NCBI GenBank assembly: GCA_048571215.1 | Contig: CP182352.1 | Span: 1,376,001-1,440,000 of the forward strand | Origin: Halarcobacter sp. | GTDB lineage: Bacteria; Campylobacterota; Campylobacteria; Campylobacterales; Arcobacteraceae | Direction: 5' to 3' | Length of the DNA: 64,000 nucleotides | Shown here: piece after piece, positions 62,228-64,000 of the stretch | Numbering within the stretch: position 1 is the stretch's first letter | How the letters are laid out: each line of letters begins with the position of its first letter | Notes under the pieces: model-generated | The model's database searches: none | What the model saw: the letters and a program-made list of their open reading frames with translations, nothing else | Told to the model about the DNA's origin: nothing | Translations under genes and position numbers: made by a program

Positions 62228-62297
62228 TGTGGAATTATATCAAATTTTAATGGTAAATTAGATAAAATCGCGAAAAATAATATTTAGGAGCTGTTAA

Positions 62298-63428
62298 TTG
62301 ACTGAAATAGATTATTATGAATTATTAGAGATAAGTAGAGACTGTGACAAGGGTACAATTAAAAAAGCTTATAGAAAAATGGCTATGAAGTATCATCCAG
62401 ATAAAAACCCTGGAGATAATGAAGCTGAAGATAAGTTCAAAGCCGTAAATGAAGCTTATCAAGTACTTAGTGATGATGAAAAAAGAGCTATCTATGATAG
62501 ATATGGAAAAGCAGGACTTGAGGGTCATGGACAAAGAGCTGGTGGATTCTCAGGTGGTTTTGATGACTTAGGTTCAATCTTTGAAGAGATGTTTGGTGGT
62601 TCTGGATTTGGTGGTTTTGGCGGCGGGTCAAGAAGACAAAGAAAAACATATAACTATAACCTAGATATTGCAGTAGAACTTGTAGTTGAATTCAATGAAG
62701 CTGTATTTGGATGTAAAAAAGAGGTATCATATAAGTACAAAGATGCTTGTACTGATTGTAAAGGTACTGGAGCAAAAGATGGGAAACTATCAACTTGTCC
62801 TCACTGTCAAGGACAAGGTCAAGTTCACATGAGACAAGGATTTATGACATTTTCTCAAACTTGTCCACACTGTGGCGGTTCAGGGCAATCTGTTGGTTCA
62901 AAATGTAACTCATGTTCTGGAACTGGGTATAAAGAGGTTAAAGATAAATTTGAGGTTAATGTTCCAGAGGGTGTAAATGATGGAAATAGAATCAGAGTTT
63001 CAAACAAAGGTAATATTGCACCAGATGGAACAAGAGGAGACTTATATCTACAAATTAAAGTAAATGAAGATTCTCATTTTGTTAGACATGAAGATGATAT
63101 ATATCTTGAAGTACCAATTTTCTTTACACAAGTTGCGCTTGGTTCTTCAATTAAAATCCCTAGCCTTAGAGGTGAATTAGAACTTGAAATACCAGCTGGA
63201 ACTAAAGATAAAGAGCAATTTAAGTTTAAAGGTGAAGGTGTTAAGTCTGTACAAGGGTATGGAAAAGGTGATTTAATAGTACAAATAAAAATAAATTATC
63301 CAAAAACTTTAAATGAAGAACAAAAAGAGTTACTTGAAAAACTTCAAGAATCTTTTGGTGTAGAGAGTAAACCACATGAAAAAAGCTTTGAAAGTATGTT
63401 TGACAAAGTTAAAAAGTGGTTTTCATAA
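62298..63428 (+). CDS. dnaJ: Chaperone DnaJ
   Basis: J-domain HPD, G/F region, four CxxCxGxG; TTG start with AGGAG. Confidence 0.98.
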   Translation: MTEIDYYELLEISRDCDKGTIKKAYRKMAMKYHPDKNPGDNEAEDKFKAVNEAYQVLSDDEKRAIYDRYGKAGLEGHGQRAGGFSGGFDDLGSIFEEMFGGSGFGGFGGGSRRQRKTYNYNLDIAVELVVEFNEAVFGCKKEVSYKYKDACTDCKGTGAKDGKLSTCPHCQGQGQVHMRQGFMTFSQTCPHCGGSGQSVGSKCNSCSGTGYKEVKDKFEVNVPEGVNDGNRIRVSNKGNIAPDGTRGDLYLQIKVNEDSHFVRHEDDIYLEVPIFFTQVALGSSIKIPSLRGELELEIPAGTKDKEQFKFKGEGVKSVQGYGKGDLIVQIKINYPKTLNEEQKELLEKLQESFGVESKPHEKSFESMFDKVKKWFS

Positions 63429-63435
63429 TCTAAGT

Positions 63436-63464
63436 TAAAAGCCTACCTTTTTAGGTAGGTTTTA
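63436..63464 (+). terminator. Intrinsic terminator after dnaJ
   Basis: TAAAAGCCTACCT-TTTT-AGGTAGGTTTTA. Confidence 0.8.
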
Positions 63465-63555
63465 CTAATATATCTTAAATCAATTCAATTAAATATTTTT
63501 TTAATACAAATATCAAACTGCTTATTGTATAAATATAATCAAAAAAGGTCTAATT

Positions 63556-63942
63556 TTGTTATATAGTTCACAAAGAATGGTAATGTATCCCCACTTAAAT
63601 GCTGCAGGGATACTTTTTGGTGGTCAGGCTTTATCTTGGGTTGATGAAGAAGCGATTATCTTTGCAGCACAACTTTTAGATACTCAAAGACTTGCAACTG
63701 TTAAAATGAGTGAGGTATGCTTTAAAACCCCAGCAAATATTGGTGATATACTTGGTATTGGTACAGAACTTGTTAAGACAGGACGAACTTCAATCACTGT
63801 AAGATGTGAAATAATAAATAAAACCACAGACAAAATTATTCTTTCAGTTGATGAGATTGTAATTGTTGCTTTAGATTTCAATAAAAAACCTACAAAACAT
63901 ATTTTAGCCGATAGAAATAAGATATTTACTAAATCCACTTAA
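63556..63942 (+). CDS. Hotdog-fold acyl-CoA thioesterase
   Basis: HLNAAGILFGGQALSWVDE, F..P...GD, GRTSI. Confidence 0.9.
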   Translation: MLYSSQRMVMYPHLNAAGILFGGQALSWVDEEAIIFAAQLLDTQRLATVKMSEVCFKTPANIGDILGIGTELVKTGRTSITVRCEIINKTTDKIILSVDEIVIVALDFNKKPTKHILADRNKIFTKST

Positions 63943-64000
63943 GAAAAACTCTTAAGTAGATTTATTTGCCTAATCTTTAAAACACATATTAATATGTTTT

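Noticed and set aside
63938..64000. Possible 3' end of a minus-strand gene or terminator at the window edge
   Set aside because: Too little sequence to decide

Overview
Very AT-rich chromosomal segment of a Campylobacterota bacterium, most likely Arcobacteraceae. This is an inference from Campylobacter-like gene order (lolA-secA-lolF, mltG/AsmA-like-icd-mdh, ribA-hemB-argF-hemN), a monomeric Icd, a dimeric dUTPase and a very high density of Cache/PAS kinases, response regulators and GGDEF proteins. The window is mostly housekeeping: rsmH (partial), hup, tRNA-Leu(CAA), rnpB, lolA, secA, mltG, icd, mdh, sodB, tRNA-Thr(TGT), glyS, rsmG, ribA, hemB, argF, hemN, lgt, polA, kdsB, lptB, tsaE, trpD, argG, dut, recR, dnaJ. 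I saw no CRISPR array, transposase or integrase. Best leads: (1) a translationally coupled pair of a phage tail-assembly-chaperone-like gene and an intact flavin-dependent halogenase beside glyS; (2) a two-gene CydA-like + cytochrome c / CydA'-like membrane module without cydB, with phased direct repeats upstream and an orphan OmpR-type regulator downstream; (3) a dimeric dUTPase fused to an N-terminal HTH-like domain; (4) an islet between tRNA-Leu and rnpB with divergent, apparently leaderless genes, operator-like repeats and two unannotated 33-aa membrane peptides; (5) an exact 3 x 20 bp tandem repeat between two response regulators. All family calls come from reading motifs by eye; no searches were run.
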